A stretch of DNA of 64,000 nt from Pseudomonadota bacterium. GTDB lineage: Bacteria > Desulfobacterota > Desulfobacteria > Desulfobacterales > JBDRRP01. The notes beneath the pieces are model-generated. The model made no database searches, was not told the DNA's origin, and saw only the letters and a program-made list of their open reading frames with translations. Shown here in pieces: positions 35,908-45,967 of this stretch. Position 1 is the stretch's first letter. Each line of letters starts with the position of its first letter. The translations under genes and the position numbers were made by a program. The DNA lies in assembly GCA_043825735.1 (NCBI GenBank), contig JBDRRP010000071.1, positions 1 to 64,000 of the forward strand. Reading direction: 5' to 3'.

Positions 35908-37026
35908 ATGTTCAACAACATCTATAAAAACAGAATAGTGCTTATAACCGGGCATACCGGTTTCAAAGGGTCGTGGCTGGCTCTGTGGCTCTGTGAACTG
36001 GGCGCCCGGGTCTTTGGGTATGCTCTAAAGCCGCCTACTGAACCGAACCACTACGATTTGATCAATTTGGGAATCGAAGGTGTGCTTGAAGACATTCGCA
36101 ACGCTGATGCAGTAAACAAGGCCGTAAAGTCTTATCGACCAGAGATTGTTTTCCATCTTGCCGCGCAATCGCTTGTACGCGAATCCTATCGGTCCCCTGT
36201 CGAAACCTTCGACACGAATGTCATGGGGACGGTGAACGTACTTGAAGCTTGTCGTTTGTCTGGTTCCGTTAAGGCGGTCGTCAACATTACCAGCGACAAA
36301 TGCTACGAAAACACAGAGCAAGGGGCCAGCAGTTACAGGGAAACCGCCCGACTCGGCGGATATGACCCGTACAGTGCCTCAAAAGGGTGTGCCGAAATTG
36401 TCACAAGTGCTTATCTGCGATCATTTTTCCCCCCGGAAGATTATCTGAAGACACATACAACCCTTATAGCAAGTGCCAGGGCGGGCAATGTCATTGGTGG
36501 GGGCGACTGGGCCAAAGATCGCCTTGTTCCGGACATTGTTAAGTCTGCAGCAAGAGGTGAAAAAGTCATTATCCGAAATCCTAGAGCTGTACGACCCTGG
36601 CAGCATGTCCTGGAACCACTGAGCGGTTACCTGCGTCTCGGGCAACGACTGCTTGAGGGCGAAATCGCATGTGCAGGTGCCTGGAATTTCGGCCCTGACG
36701 ATAGGGGGCACCTGACCGTCAAGGAAGTTTTGGATGCGCTAAGAGAGAACTGGAGTGCAATCGATTTTAGGATTCATGACATCAATCCGGCAGCACCTCA
36801 TGAAGCCGGCACTCTTATGCTCGACTGCACCAAGGCTCGCAGGGAACTCAACTGGCGGCCAACCTGGAAAAGTGCGGAAATGATAAAAGAAACGGCACAG
36901 TGGTATCGGGATTATTATACGCACCGATATGTGTCCAGCCACCAACAATTGCAAGCGTACATCCGGGATGCCGCCGCACAAAAACTTGTTTGGTCAAGAA
37001 ATGAAAATAACTCCGACCCGGATTGA
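35908..37026 (+). CDS. rfbG: CDP-glucose 4,6-dehydratase
   Basis: TGHTGFKGSWL, HLAAQSLVR, TSDKCY, DPYSASK, RAGNVIGGGDW, RPWQHVLEPL. Confidence 0.95.
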   Translation: MFNNIYKNRIVLITGHTGFKGSWLALWLCELGARVFGYALKPPTEPNHYDLINLGIEGVLEDIRNADAVNKAVKSYRPEIVFHLAAQSLVRESYRSPVETFDTNVMGTVNVLEACRLSGSVKAVVNITSDKCYENTEQGASSYRETARLGGYDPYSASKGCAEIVTSAYLRSFFPPEDYLKTHTTLIASARAGNVIGGGDWAKDRLVPDIVKSAARGEKVIIRNPRAVRPWQHVLEPLSGYLRLGQRLLEGEIACAGAWNFGPDDRGHLTVKEVLDALRENWSAIDFRIHDINPAAPHEAGTLMLDCTKARRELNWRPTWKSAEMIKETAQWYRDYYTHRYVSSHQQLQAYIRDAAAQKLVWSRNENNSDPD

Positions 37027-37552
37027 ACATCTTCAAACAGTTGAAATCGAACCTTTCCAGGATGAAAGGGGCCGTTTCGCTCGCATTTTTTGCATAAGAG
37101 AGATGGAAAGGCTACTAGGCGAAAGGGCAGTGTGCCAGGTCAATCAGTCCGTAACTGTGAACAAAGGTGCTTTGCGCGGTATGCATTTTCAATATCCCCC
37201 CGCAGCCGAAATGAAACTGATAAAGTGTACGCGGGGTGCGGTCTTCGATGTGGCCATTGATATCAGACAAAACTCACCAACTTTTCTGAAATGGCACGGC
37301 GAAATTCTGTCGGCCGACAACAATAAAATGATCTGTATCCCGGAAGGGTGCGCACACGGCTTCCAGACGCTTGAATACGGTTCTGAACTGATCTATTTCC
37401 ACACGAATTTCTATGCACCGACACTTGAAGGCGGGATTCGGTTTGATGACCCTCGGATAGCAATCGACTGGCCCATTGAAATTGCGGAGATATCCGACCG
37501 GGACCGCTCCCATAAATATTTGACTAACAGTTTCAGTGGTATTGCCATATGA
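37001..37552 (+). CDS. NDP-4-keto-6-deoxyhexose 3,5-epimerase (RmlC/RfbC family)
   Basis: DERGRF, LRGMHFQ, DVAIDIR, IPEGCAHGFQTL. Confidence 0.92.
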   Translation: MKITPTRIEHLQTVEIEPFQDERGRFARIFCIREMERLLGERAVCQVNQSVTVNKGALRGMHFQYPPAAEMKLIKCTRGAVFDVAIDIRQNSPTFLKWHGEILSADNNKMICIPEGCAHGFQTLEYGSELIYFHTNFYAPTLEGGIRFDDPRIAIDWPIEIAEISDRDRSHKYLTNSFSGIAI

Positions 37553-38808
37553 ACTGCAGATTTTGTGGCACCCGTTTACAACACGAATTTATCGATATGG
37601 TCAACGCGCCGCCATCAAATTCATTTCTAACCCGGCGTGGTTTGGATGAACCCGAAACATTTTATCCACTGAAACTTTATGTCTGCGAGAGCTGTTTTCT
37701 AGTCCAGATCGACGAGTACAAGCGGTCGAATGAGATTTTCAGCGAGGATTATATCTATTATTCGTCTTTCTCGAAAACTTGGCTCGATCACGCGCGTACC
37801 TATGTCGGCATGATCTGCGAGCGTTTCGGTTTTGACAAAAATTCGTTTGTTATCGAAATAGCATCCAACGATGGCTACCTGCTGCAAAACTTTGTGGCTA
37901 AGGGCATTCCATGTCTGGGAATCGAACCATCCTGCAAAGTCGCCGAGGTGGCCCGGGGAAAAGGGATCGATGTCATTACACGGTTTTTTTGTGCCGATCT
38001 GGCTGGGCGCCTTGTCGCTGAAGGCCGAAGCGCTGATTTAATGATTGGCAATAATGTCTTGGCGCATGTCCCGGATATAAACGATTTTGTTGCTGCCCTG
38101 AAACTATGCTTGAATGAACGCGGAGTGGTAACGCTTGAGTTTCCCCACCTGCTGCAGTTGATTGAAAAATGTCAGTTCGACACGATTTACCACGAACATT
38201 TCTCATACCTTTCATTGCTGGCCGCGCGGCGCATTTTTGTTAGTCATGGGCTGGACTTGTTCGACGTTGAAGAATTGGAAACCCATGGCGGGTCACTGCG
38301 GGTGTATCTCAAACACGTCGAGGATCGATCCAGGCAGGTTGTTCCCGCAGTCGACGATTTGATGCGACGCGAAGAGGCGCTTGGGATGCGATTCCTGGAT
38401 TACTACAGGGGATTTCAGGTCCGGGCGGACAACGCCAAATATGCGCTATTGACGTTTCTGATCGAAAAAAAACTCGCTGGACAAACAGTTGCAGCTTATG
38501 GTGCAGCCGCCAAGGGGAATACCCTTTTGAATTATTGCGGCGTTAAGAAAGATTTGATTGAATTCGTAGTGGATGCCTCTCCGCACAAACAGGGCAAATT
38601 CCTGCCGGGAAGCCACATCCCCGTGGTGAACGAAAGCCGGATTAAAGACTGCCGGCCAGATTACGTGCTGATCCTGCCTTGGAATATTCGACGGGAAATT
38701 ATAGATCAGCTTGACTATATCAGTGATTGGGGGGGCAAATTCATTTCGCTTCATGAAGGTCGGTTCGTGGTGACTGCCGGGAGATCAAATAAGGGGTTGG
38801 CGCTGTGA
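37549..38808 (+). CDS. NDP-sugar C-3 methyltransferase (Zn-binding, class I SAM)
   Basis: CRFC...CESC, EIASNDG, NNVLAH, FDTIYHEH, THGGSLR, YGAAAKG, LPWN. Confidence 0.9.
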   Translation: MNCRFCGTRLQHEFIDMVNAPPSNSFLTRRGLDEPETFYPLKLYVCESCFLVQIDEYKRSNEIFSEDYIYYSSFSKTWLDHARTYVGMICERFGFDKNSFVIEIASNDGYLLQNFVAKGIPCLGIEPSCKVAEVARGKGIDVITRFFCADLAGRLVAEGRSADLMIGNNVLAHVPDINDFVAALKLCLNERGVVTLEFPHLLQLIEKCQFDTIYHEHFSYLSLLAARRIFVSHGLDLFDVEELETHGGSLRVYLKHVEDRSRQVVPAVDDLMRREEALGMRFLDYYRGFQVRADNAKYALLTFLIEKKLAGQTVAAYGAAAKGNTLLNYCGVKKDLIEFVVDASPHKQGKFLPGSHIPVVNESRIKDCRPDYVLILPWNIRREIIDQLDYISDWGGKFISLHEGRFVVTAGRSNKGLAL

Positions 38809-38890
38809 TAGGCAAAATAATACAATCACAAGTGAAACTGGTGATTAATTCGCATTGCTTGGATTCGTTCAAACTGCTTTCGATAGAGCT

Positions 38891-39673
38891 ATGAGTGTTT
38901 TGCAGATAAAACCAGTTAAGAAGATAGTCATTTCACAACCACTATTTCTACCTTGGAAAGGCATGTTCGATCAGACCCGCATGGCCAAGGCTTATGTTTT
39001 TCGTGATGAGGCCCAGTTGCCTATCAGCCACGGAAGTAAAAAAGGATTCATCGTCAGGGTGCAGATTAAAATTGAAAATGGCTGGAAATGGCTTACCGTG
39101 CCTATTAGAAAAATTAAAGACCGGACACAGTCTATAAGGGAAACCCGTTTTGCCGATGACCACTGGCGCAAACAACACATAACCGACATTCGAAATGCCT
39201 ATAAGAGAGCGCCATTTTTCGAAGATATTTTTGAAACGGTTGTACAACCGATATACAGTTTTAATACGGAATTTTTGTGCGAATTCAATATCCATGCGTT
39301 TAAACTGTTGTGTGATCGGATAGGAATATCAACCAATTTTTACTTTGCCTCCGAACTTCCTTCCGCACAGTCGGAAGCTCGTTCAAGTGAGTATGTCCTG
39401 GAAATATGTCAACAGTTCGATGCCAAAGAGTATATCACGGCACATGGGGCACGCAATTATCTGGATCACGAGCTTTTTGAAAGGGCCGGAGTCAGGGTTA
39501 TGTATATGGCTTATAACCTGACTCCGTATCCCCAGATAAACGGGCCGTTTACCCCCTACGTGTCAATACTGGATTTGCTGTTCAATGTGAATCGAGATGC
39601 ATCGGATTATCTCGGGGCCGGCTGTACCTATTGGAAAGAAGACAGACAATTAAATTTAGAAGGGACGGATTGA
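38891..39673 (+). CDS. WbqC-family protein (putative glycyl/acyl transferase)
   Basis: ISQPLFLPW.G, WLTVP, AY.RAPFF, YPQ, SILDLLFN. Confidence 0.88.
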   Translation: MSVLQIKPVKKIVISQPLFLPWKGMFDQTRMAKAYVFRDEAQLPISHGSKKGFIVRVQIKIENGWKWLTVPIRKIKDRTQSIRETRFADDHWRKQHITDIRNAYKRAPFFEDIFETVVQPIYSFNTEFLCEFNIHAFKLLCDRIGISTNFYFASELPSAQSEARSSEYVLEICQQFDAKEYITAHGARNYLDHELFERAGVRVMYMAYNLTPYPQINGPFTPYVSILDLLFNVNRDASDYLGAGCTYWKEDRQLNLEGTD

Positions 39674-39678
39674 AAAGG

Positions 39679-40422
39679 ATGCAAGCATTTCCGGAAATCG
39701 CCAATACTATGCAGAATGTTAAGGCCATGGCCGCCGATGCGGATATTCAGTCTATCCGCAAAAGACTTTACGCGCACATTATTGAGTATAAATACGCTTA
39801 TAATTTTACTTGGTACGGCAGGCCGATTATTCAATTTCCGGAAGATATACTGGCTCTTCAGGAAATTATCTTAACCGTAAAACCGGATTTGATTTTGGAA
39901 ACAGGAATCGCTCATGGTGGTTCGCTCATTTTTTCGGCCTCCATGCTTGAACTGTTGGGAGGTGACAGACGGGTCCTGGGGGTCGATATCGATATTCGGG
40001 AACATAACCGCATCGAAATAGAAAAACACCCCTTGTTCAAAAGGATAACAATGCTGCAAGGCTCTTCAGTCGACCGGCAGATTGTTGAAACTGTACATAA
40101 GATTGCCGCAGGCCGGAGGAAAGTGATGGTTATTCTGGATTCAAATCATTCTCATGCTCATGTTGCTGCCGAATTGGAGGCTTATGCGGGTATCGTTGAC
40201 AAAGGCAGCTACCTGGTAGTTTTCGATACGGTCATCGAAGATGTCGATGATGGGGCGTTCCCTGATCGAAACTGGGGCAAGGGAAACAATCCCAAGACTG
40301 CCGTGCGTGAATTCCTGGCAAAGAATGATCGCTTTGCAGTGGACAAGGATATTGAGGACCGTTTGTTAATCACAGTCGCCCCCGGGGGATATTTAAAATG
40401 CGTGAAGGATAAATCACTATGA
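39679..40422 (+). CDS. CmcI-family (rhamnosyl O-methyltransferase-like) SAM-dependent enzyme
   Basis: YNFTWYGRPIIQFP, KPDLILETGIAHGGS, ILDSNHSH.HV..EL, GNNPKTAV. Start may be TTG at 39670. Confidence 0.88.
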   Translation: MQAFPEIANTMQNVKAMAADADIQSIRKRLYAHIIEYKYAYNFTWYGRPIIQFPEDILALQEIILTVKPDLILETGIAHGGSLIFSASMLELLGGDRRVLGVDIDIREHNRIEIEKHPLFKRITMLQGSSVDRQIVETVHKIAAGRRKVMVILDSNHSHAHVAAELEAYAGIVDKGSYLVVFDTVIEDVDDGAFPDRNWGKGNNPKTAVREFLAKNDRFAVDKDIEDRLLITVAPGGYLKCVKDKSL

Positions 40423-41321
40423 GTGACGGTATGAATTATATTCCTAAACACTTGCAAATCGAACCCACCAACGGCATTTGCTCGTCCAGATGCACGATGT
40501 GCACTTTTGAAGACTGGACCCGTAAGCCGCACACAATGACCAACGAAACCTTCAAGCGCATTCTGGAAAAATTCAAACCCTATACGCAGGCGATCAACTA
40601 CCTCACTTTGCACGGTTGCGGTGAACCGCTGATGGACAGGCAGTTGATTGCGAAGGTGGCCTTAGCCAAAGAGATGGGGTTTAATGGCATCGGGTTTGCT
40701 ACCAACTGTACGCACCTTAATGCAAGCACGGCCAAGGGGTTGATTAAGGCCGGGTTGGACACGGTATTGTGCAGTATAGACGGGACGCGGAAAGAGACAC
40801 ACGAGGCTATCAGGGTCGGTACTAGTTTTGAATCTGTCGTAAACAATGTTAAGGATTTTATAAAGATTAGGAACGAAAGCGGACACACTAAAGTGATTGT
40901 TCGTTTTATTAGGCAGGAATTGAACAAGGCGGAATGGCCTGAATTTTACGAATACTGGTCAGCGCAGGTAAACCCGGATTTTGGTGATTTTGTGACCAAG
41001 TTCGATGTCCATAACTGGGGCTCGGCCTTAGAAGATTACAAGGGAAAGGATGTAAACGACGAACTTTCGATTGAAAAACTGGTCTGCCAGGATCTGTTTG
41101 AAAGGCTGTGGATTTTTTCAGATGGGCATCTGGGCTTTTGCACGGCTGATGACAATGGTTTCTTTGATTTCGGTAGTGTGCTGGAGCAGGACCCGATCGA
41201 GATGTACAACAACGAAACCTTCAACCATTACCGGCAGATGATGGAAAAAGGGTGTATCGCCGAACTGGAGCACTGTAATAACTGTACAATCCCCAGATCG
41301 AGAGCTTTGAAAGAAACATGA
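40419..41321 (+). CDS. Radical SAM protein with SPASM/Twitch domain
   Basis: CSSRCTMC, GEPL, SIDG, C-terminal C...GHLGFC...CNNC. Confidence 0.88.
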   Translation: MSDGMNYIPKHLQIEPTNGICSSRCTMCTFEDWTRKPHTMTNETFKRILEKFKPYTQAINYLTLHGCGEPLMDRQLIAKVALAKEMGFNGIGFATNCTHLNASTAKGLIKAGLDTVLCSIDGTRKETHEAIRVGTSFESVVNNVKDFIKIRNESGHTKVIVRFIRQELNKAEWPEFYEYWSAQVNPDFGDFVTKFDVHNWGSALEDYKGKDVNDELSIEKLVCQDLFERLWIFSDGHLGFCTADDNGFFDFGSVLEQDPIEMYNNETFNHYRQMMEKGCIAELEHCNNCTIPRSRALKET

Positions 41322-42451
41322 AGAACAAAGACTACATCCCGGTTTCCGGCCCCTGGATAACTCAAAGGGAAATTGAATATGTGGCTGACGCAGCGGCCAA
41401 TGCCTGGTATGCGAACGCCAATACCTATTACGACCGGTTCGAGAAGACTTTCAGCGCTTATCTTGGCGTTAGGTACGCCGTGGCGCTGCCATCCTGTACA
41501 GCCGCTATTCACCTCTCGCTGATGGCGCTGGGCATCGGCCCAGGGGACGAGGTGATCGTGCCGGATGTAACTTGGATTGCCACAGCCGCACCGGTTTCCT
41601 ATGTCGGTGCCGAACCGGTGTTCGCGGACATAGACCCTGACAGTTGGTGCATGTCGGCCGAGGCATTTCAGGCAAACATCACATCGCGAACCAAAGCAGT
41701 CATACCGGTCGACCTCTATGGAGGCCTCCCCGAATGGGACGCTATTTCGGCGATTGCGGAGAAAGCCGGGATCGCCGTAATCGAAGATGCCGCCGAGGCC
41801 ATCGGTTCAGAATACCATGGCAGAAAGGCCGGCAGCTTAGGGACCACGGGGACTTTCAGCTTTCACGGGTCGAAAACGATGACAACTGGTGAAGGCGGCA
41901 TTCTAGTTACCGATGATGAAAAAGTTCACAAGCAGGTACTTTTTCTCAGGGACCACGGACGCAAACCGGGGGATGTGATGTTCTTTAATGAACAGGTCGC
42001 ATATAAGTACAAAATGAGTGCAATGCAGGCCGCCATGGGGCTTGCCCAGATAGAGAGAATAGAAGAACTCGTCAACCGAAAACGGGAAATTTTCGACTGG
42101 TATCGGGAAGAACTCGCGGGCGTCGATTGCTTGACACTCAATGCTCAAAAAGCCGGTATAAAAAATTCCTATTGGATGATCACAGTCATTCTTGACTCTG
42201 CTGCAGGAGTGCTCAAAGAAGATATAATGCGGAAAATGGAGGAGAAAAATATTGCCACCCGCCCATTTTTTCATCCACTGAGCTCTATTCCGGCATATCG
42301 GAAACTTCCACAATCTGCTGCTGCCAGGGAAAAAAACAAGGTGAGTTATGCTATAAGCCCATACGGCGTTAACCTTCCCAGCGGTTTGAACATGGACCGT
42401 GAAAAAGTAGCCCGAGTTTGCAACGCCTTAAAAACAATTATCAATGCTTAG
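41318..42451 (+). CDS. DegT/DnrJ/EryC1/StrS aminotransferase (perosamine-synthase-like)
   Basis: SCTAAIHL, IEDAAEAIG, SFHGSKTMTTGEGG, NLPS. Confidence 0.93.
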   Translation: MKNKDYIPVSGPWITQREIEYVADAAANAWYANANTYYDRFEKTFSAYLGVRYAVALPSCTAAIHLSLMALGIGPGDEVIVPDVTWIATAAPVSYVGAEPVFADIDPDSWCMSAEAFQANITSRTKAVIPVDLYGGLPEWDAISAIAEKAGIAVIEDAAEAIGSEYHGRKAGSLGTTGTFSFHGSKTMTTGEGGILVTDDEKVHKQVLFLRDHGRKPGDVMFFNEQVAYKYKMSAMQAAMGLAQIERIEELVNRKREIFDWYREELAGVDCLTLNAQKAGIKNSYWMITVILDSAAGVLKEDIMRKMEEKNIATRPFFHPLSSIPAYRKLPQSAAAREKNKVSYAISPYGVNLPSGLNMDREKVARVCNALKTIINA

Positions 42452-42682
42452 AAACGATTCCAAAATTCTTGATAAGGTTTAAGAACCTGTCTTCACTCTG
42501 CGTCCTACGCCTGACAGGCAAGGCCACCGATAATATCAACCCAATGGAATTCTTTCCTATTGCGTGGATTTGAGTCGAACTACCAAATATCAGAAATCTT
42601 CTGAATAGGAAATCTTGCAGACCTTTTTTATGCATGCTCGGACTTGCCCGATGCAAGGCTGAAGAGAAATGGAGTAATCTGA

Positions 42683-43519
42683 ATGCACCTTGACGATTTT
42701 TTGAAAAAGGCTGTTTATAAAGTGGCCGGCCAACGGTACGCAAGCATATTTGGGGCCGGACTGCACGCAATGGCAAGAGAGTACAACGAAGTTTCCTCGA
42801 AGCCCAAAGGACCCGGCGTGTTGGTGATATCGATTCCTAAATCCGGGACCGTATACATAAGCGATACCCTTGAAAAAATTCTCAATTATGCCCCCCTGTC
42901 GATTTCCGCACAAACATTTCCGGACGATGTCGTCTGGCAAAAAGAGATCATTAAACTGAATCAGGGAAACCTTTACAGTCGCGGACACATACCACCGACT
43001 CCCTATAATACCTACATGTTGACCAAACATATGGATCGATTTGTGGTGCACGTTCGAGATCCGAGACAGGCCACGCTCTCCTGGGTTCACCATATCGACC
43101 GCCTGGGAAATGAAGAACCAGGGTTGACTCTGAACATGGCGATTCCCTTTCTGCCCGCCGGCTACTTTGACATGCCCTTTTCAGAAAAAATCGATTGGGC
43201 CCTGGAAAACCACATGAAAAAGCTGATTGCGTGGATTGAAGGTTGGACCCGGATGGAACGCGATACTCTTTTGTTTACCGATTTTAAGGATATGAAAGAA
43301 GACCCGGTAAACTTCTTTAACAGGATTCTGGCTTTTTATGGTCTAAGTGCACCAAGGGAACTTGTTGAACGGTCTGCCATCCGGCCCCGGGAAGGTAAGC
43401 TCCATTTCAGAAAAGGACGGGTAAACGAATGGCTCGAAGTGTTTAACGAACGGCAAATTGAAACAGCAAAAAGCATGATCCCACCGTCATTGTGCGCTCG
43501 TTATGGTTGGGAAATCTGA
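42683..43519 (+). CDS. PAPS-dependent sulfotransferase
   Basis: 5'-PSB loop IPKSGTVY, 3'-PB RDPRQATLSW, C-terminal HFRKG...W. Confidence 0.85.
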   Translation: MHLDDFLKKAVYKVAGQRYASIFGAGLHAMAREYNEVSSKPKGPGVLVISIPKSGTVYISDTLEKILNYAPLSISAQTFPDDVVWQKEIIKLNQGNLYSRGHIPPTPYNTYMLTKHMDRFVVHVRDPRQATLSWVHHIDRLGNEEPGLTLNMAIPFLPAGYFDMPFSEKIDWALENHMKKLIAWIEGWTRMERDTLLFTDFKDMKEDPVNFFNRILAFYGLSAPRELVERSAIRPREGKLHFRKGRVNEWLEVFNERQIETAKSMIPPSLCARYGWEI

Positions 43520-43621
43520 AGGGCTTTCAGATCGGTAGTGATGCCTGATCGGGGAACCGCCGAAAGGTCCCATTAACCGAATACGGCACGTCTGCTGCCG
43601 GCAAATGGAAACAGGAAATTC

Positions 43622-44989
43622 ATGTCTATAATACCTATATCATTCAAGGATAAAAACATCTGTGTTCTCGGTCTGGGGTACGTGGGCCTGACGCTCGCCA
43701 CGGTAATGGCTGAAACGGGATTCACAGTAAGTGGCATAGAGATCCGGGAAGATGTTCTGGGATTGCTCAACCAGGGCCGGCCTCATTTTTTTGAACCGGG
43801 GCTTGAGGATCGCCTTTGCAGCATCATCAGAGACGGTAAATTGATGTGCGCAAAAACCATCCAGGAAGGACGCCCTTCGACGGTTTACATCATCACAGTG
43901 GGAACGCCCCTGGGAGACAACGGCAAAGTAAGGGTCGATATGATTGCCGGTGTTGCCAAAGAGATTGCCAGTCACCTGAAACACAAAGACCTGGTGATCA
44001 TGCGATCCACGGTCAAGCTGGGAACCACCCGTCAAATTGTCCTACCGATTTTACAGGAATCCGGTGTTGAATTTGACTTGGCGTTTTGTCCGGAAAGAAC
44101 CATAGAAGGAAATGCCCTGAATGAACTCCGGGAACTGCCCCAGATCGTGGGCGGCCTTAACGTGAATTCAGCCGTACGAGCCAGTCAGTTGTTTCACCTT
44201 ATCACGCCGACGGTTGTGCGGGTCAGCGATATTGAAACCGCTGAATTGATCAAGATGATCGACAACTCTTACCGGGATACGACCTTGGCCTATGCCAATG
44301 AAATAGCCCGTATTGCTGATGCCGTCGGTGTCAGCGCCACGGAGACGATCAGGGCCGGCACCCTGGGGTACCCCAGGGTGACCTTGCCGATACCCGGTCC
44401 GGTAGGGGGGCCTTGTCTGGAAAAGGACCCATATATTCTGGCCGAGGGGCTGGAGCCTTTTGGGATACAGCCGGAAATCACCTTGGCGGCCAGGAAGGTC
44501 AACGAGCGACTGCCTGCGGAATCCGCCGCCTATGTCGCCGGTGTGACGCAACGGCTTCCTGGTTGGCCGGAAACTCCGACCATTACCCTCATGGGGATAG
44601 CATTTAAGGGAAAACCGGAAACAGACGATCTGCGTGGCACAATGGCCCGGCCAATCTTCAGACAGTTCAAAAAATATTTTCCCGATGCTGTTTTCAGGGG
44701 ATTTGACCCGGTTGTAGGCGAGAAGGATATTGCCGCTTTTGGCCTGGAGCCATTTAACCGGGTGGAAACTGCCGCAGCCGGAGCCAATTTGCTGGTCATC
44801 ATGAACAACCACCCGTTCTTTTCGAAGTTGCATATCGAAAATCTTGCAAGGGGTATGGCAAGACCGGGTCTGATCTATGACTTCTGGAATAATTTTAACG
44901 CATCGGATCTGAATATGCCGGCCGGTACCGGATATGCCGGGCTGGGCAGCCACGGCAAGGCCCGGTTGCCGGAAGGAATTCAGTCATGA
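43622..44989 (+). CDS. Nucleotide-sugar 6-dehydrogenase (WecC/UDP-HexNAc type)
   Basis: GLGYVGL, TVGTP, RSTV..GTT, FCPER, GVGGPC-like PVGGPCLEKD, AFKG..DD.R. Confidence 0.92.
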   Translation: MSIIPISFKDKNICVLGLGYVGLTLATVMAETGFTVSGIEIREDVLGLLNQGRPHFFEPGLEDRLCSIIRDGKLMCAKTIQEGRPSTVYIITVGTPLGDNGKVRVDMIAGVAKEIASHLKHKDLVIMRSTVKLGTTRQIVLPILQESGVEFDLAFCPERTIEGNALNELRELPQIVGGLNVNSAVRASQLFHLITPTVVRVSDIETAELIKMIDNSYRDTTLAYANEIARIADAVGVSATETIRAGTLGYPRVTLPIPGPVGGPCLEKDPYILAEGLEPFGIQPEITLAARKVNERLPAESAAYVAGVTQRLPGWPETPTITLMGIAFKGKPETDDLRGTMARPIFRQFKKYFPDAVFRGFDPVVGEKDIAAFGLEPFNRVETAAAGANLLVIMNNHPFFSKLHIENLARGMARPGLIYDFWNNFNASDLNMPAGTGYAGLGSHGKARLPEGIQS

Positions 44990-45948
44990 AAAAAAAATAC
45001 CTGGTCACCGGGGGCACCGGATTTATTGGCGCCGCTCTTGTAAAAAGACTGCTATCGGAAGGCCATGCCGTCAAGGTGATTGACAATAATTCCAGGGGAG
45101 CGGTGGCCAAATTAGGGACGGCATTCGACCACATTGAATTTGTCGAGGCGGATGTCCGCGATACTGCCACGGTGACGCAAGCCGCCAAGGGTGTCGAAAG
45201 CATCATCCATCTTGCGTTTATAAATGGGACCGAGCATTTTTACAGCAACCCCGAACTGGTCCTGGATGTCGGCATCCGTGGCATGTTGTCTGTGATCGAC
45301 GCCTGCCGAATCAACGGCATCGGAGAGCTTGTGCTGGCTTCCAGTTCCGAGGTCTACCAAACGCCGCCGGAAATCCCTACCGCCGAGGATGCCCCCCTGT
45401 CGATACCGGACCCGTTGAATCCGCGCTACTCGTATGCCGGCGGCAAGATCATCAGTGAGCTGATAGCGATCAATTACGGCCGGACTGATTTCGAAAGAGT
45501 CATGATATTCCGGCCGCACAATATCTATGGCCCTGACATGGGGTGGGAGCATGTCATTCCCCAGTTTATTAAGCGTGCGGGGGAACAGATTGAGCGCCGG
45601 ATGGGCGACGTAATACCTTTTGACATTCAGGGCGACGGCAGGCAGACCCGCGCGTTCTGCTATATAGACGATTTCGTGGACGGTCTACAATGCGTGCTCA
45701 CCCGCGGGACCCACCTGGGGATCTACCACATTGGAAACCCGGAGGAGATCACGATTCAAGAGGTGGCCGAAAAGGTGGTCGGCTGTTTTGGGAAAAAGGC
45801 ACGGATTATTCCCGGCGACTATCTTGAGGGCGGCACGCATAGGCGCTGTCCTGCTATCGGCCGCCTTGCGGAAATTGGTTACAAACCCATAGTTCCTTTT
45901 GATGATGGGCTTACAAGAACGGTTGCCTGGTACCGAGCCCACTTATAA
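44986..45948 (+). CDS. NAD-dependent epimerase/dehydratase/decarboxylase (extended SDR)
   Basis: TGGTGFIG, ASSSEVY, YAGGK, NIYGP, QTRAFCYIDD. Confidence 0.9.
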   Translation: MKKKYLVTGGTGFIGAALVKRLLSEGHAVKVIDNNSRGAVAKLGTAFDHIEFVEADVRDTATVTQAAKGVESIIHLAFINGTEHFYSNPELVLDVGIRGMLSVIDACRINGIGELVLASSSEVYQTPPEIPTAEDAPLSIPDPLNPRYSYAGGKIISELIAINYGRTDFERVMIFRPHNIYGPDMGWEHVIPQFIKRAGEQIERRMGDVIPFDIQGDGRQTRAFCYIDDFVDGLQCVLTRGTHLGIYHIGNPEEITIQEVAEKVVGCFGKKARIIPGDYLEGGTHRRCPAIGRLAEIGYKPIVPFDDGLTRTVAWYRAHL

Positions 45949-45967
45949 TTTTGTCCAAAGAGGGAAA

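Noticed and set aside
39679..40422. Cephalosporin hydroxylase, TylF and DegT genes as an antibiotic cluster
   Set aside because: No PKS, NRPS or other scaffold enzyme; the context is nucleotide-sugar and surface-glycan synthesis.
42452..42682. IS end or gene remnant before the sulfotransferase
   Set aside because: TAAGAACCTGTC looks IS-like but has no partner repeat or transposase fragment.
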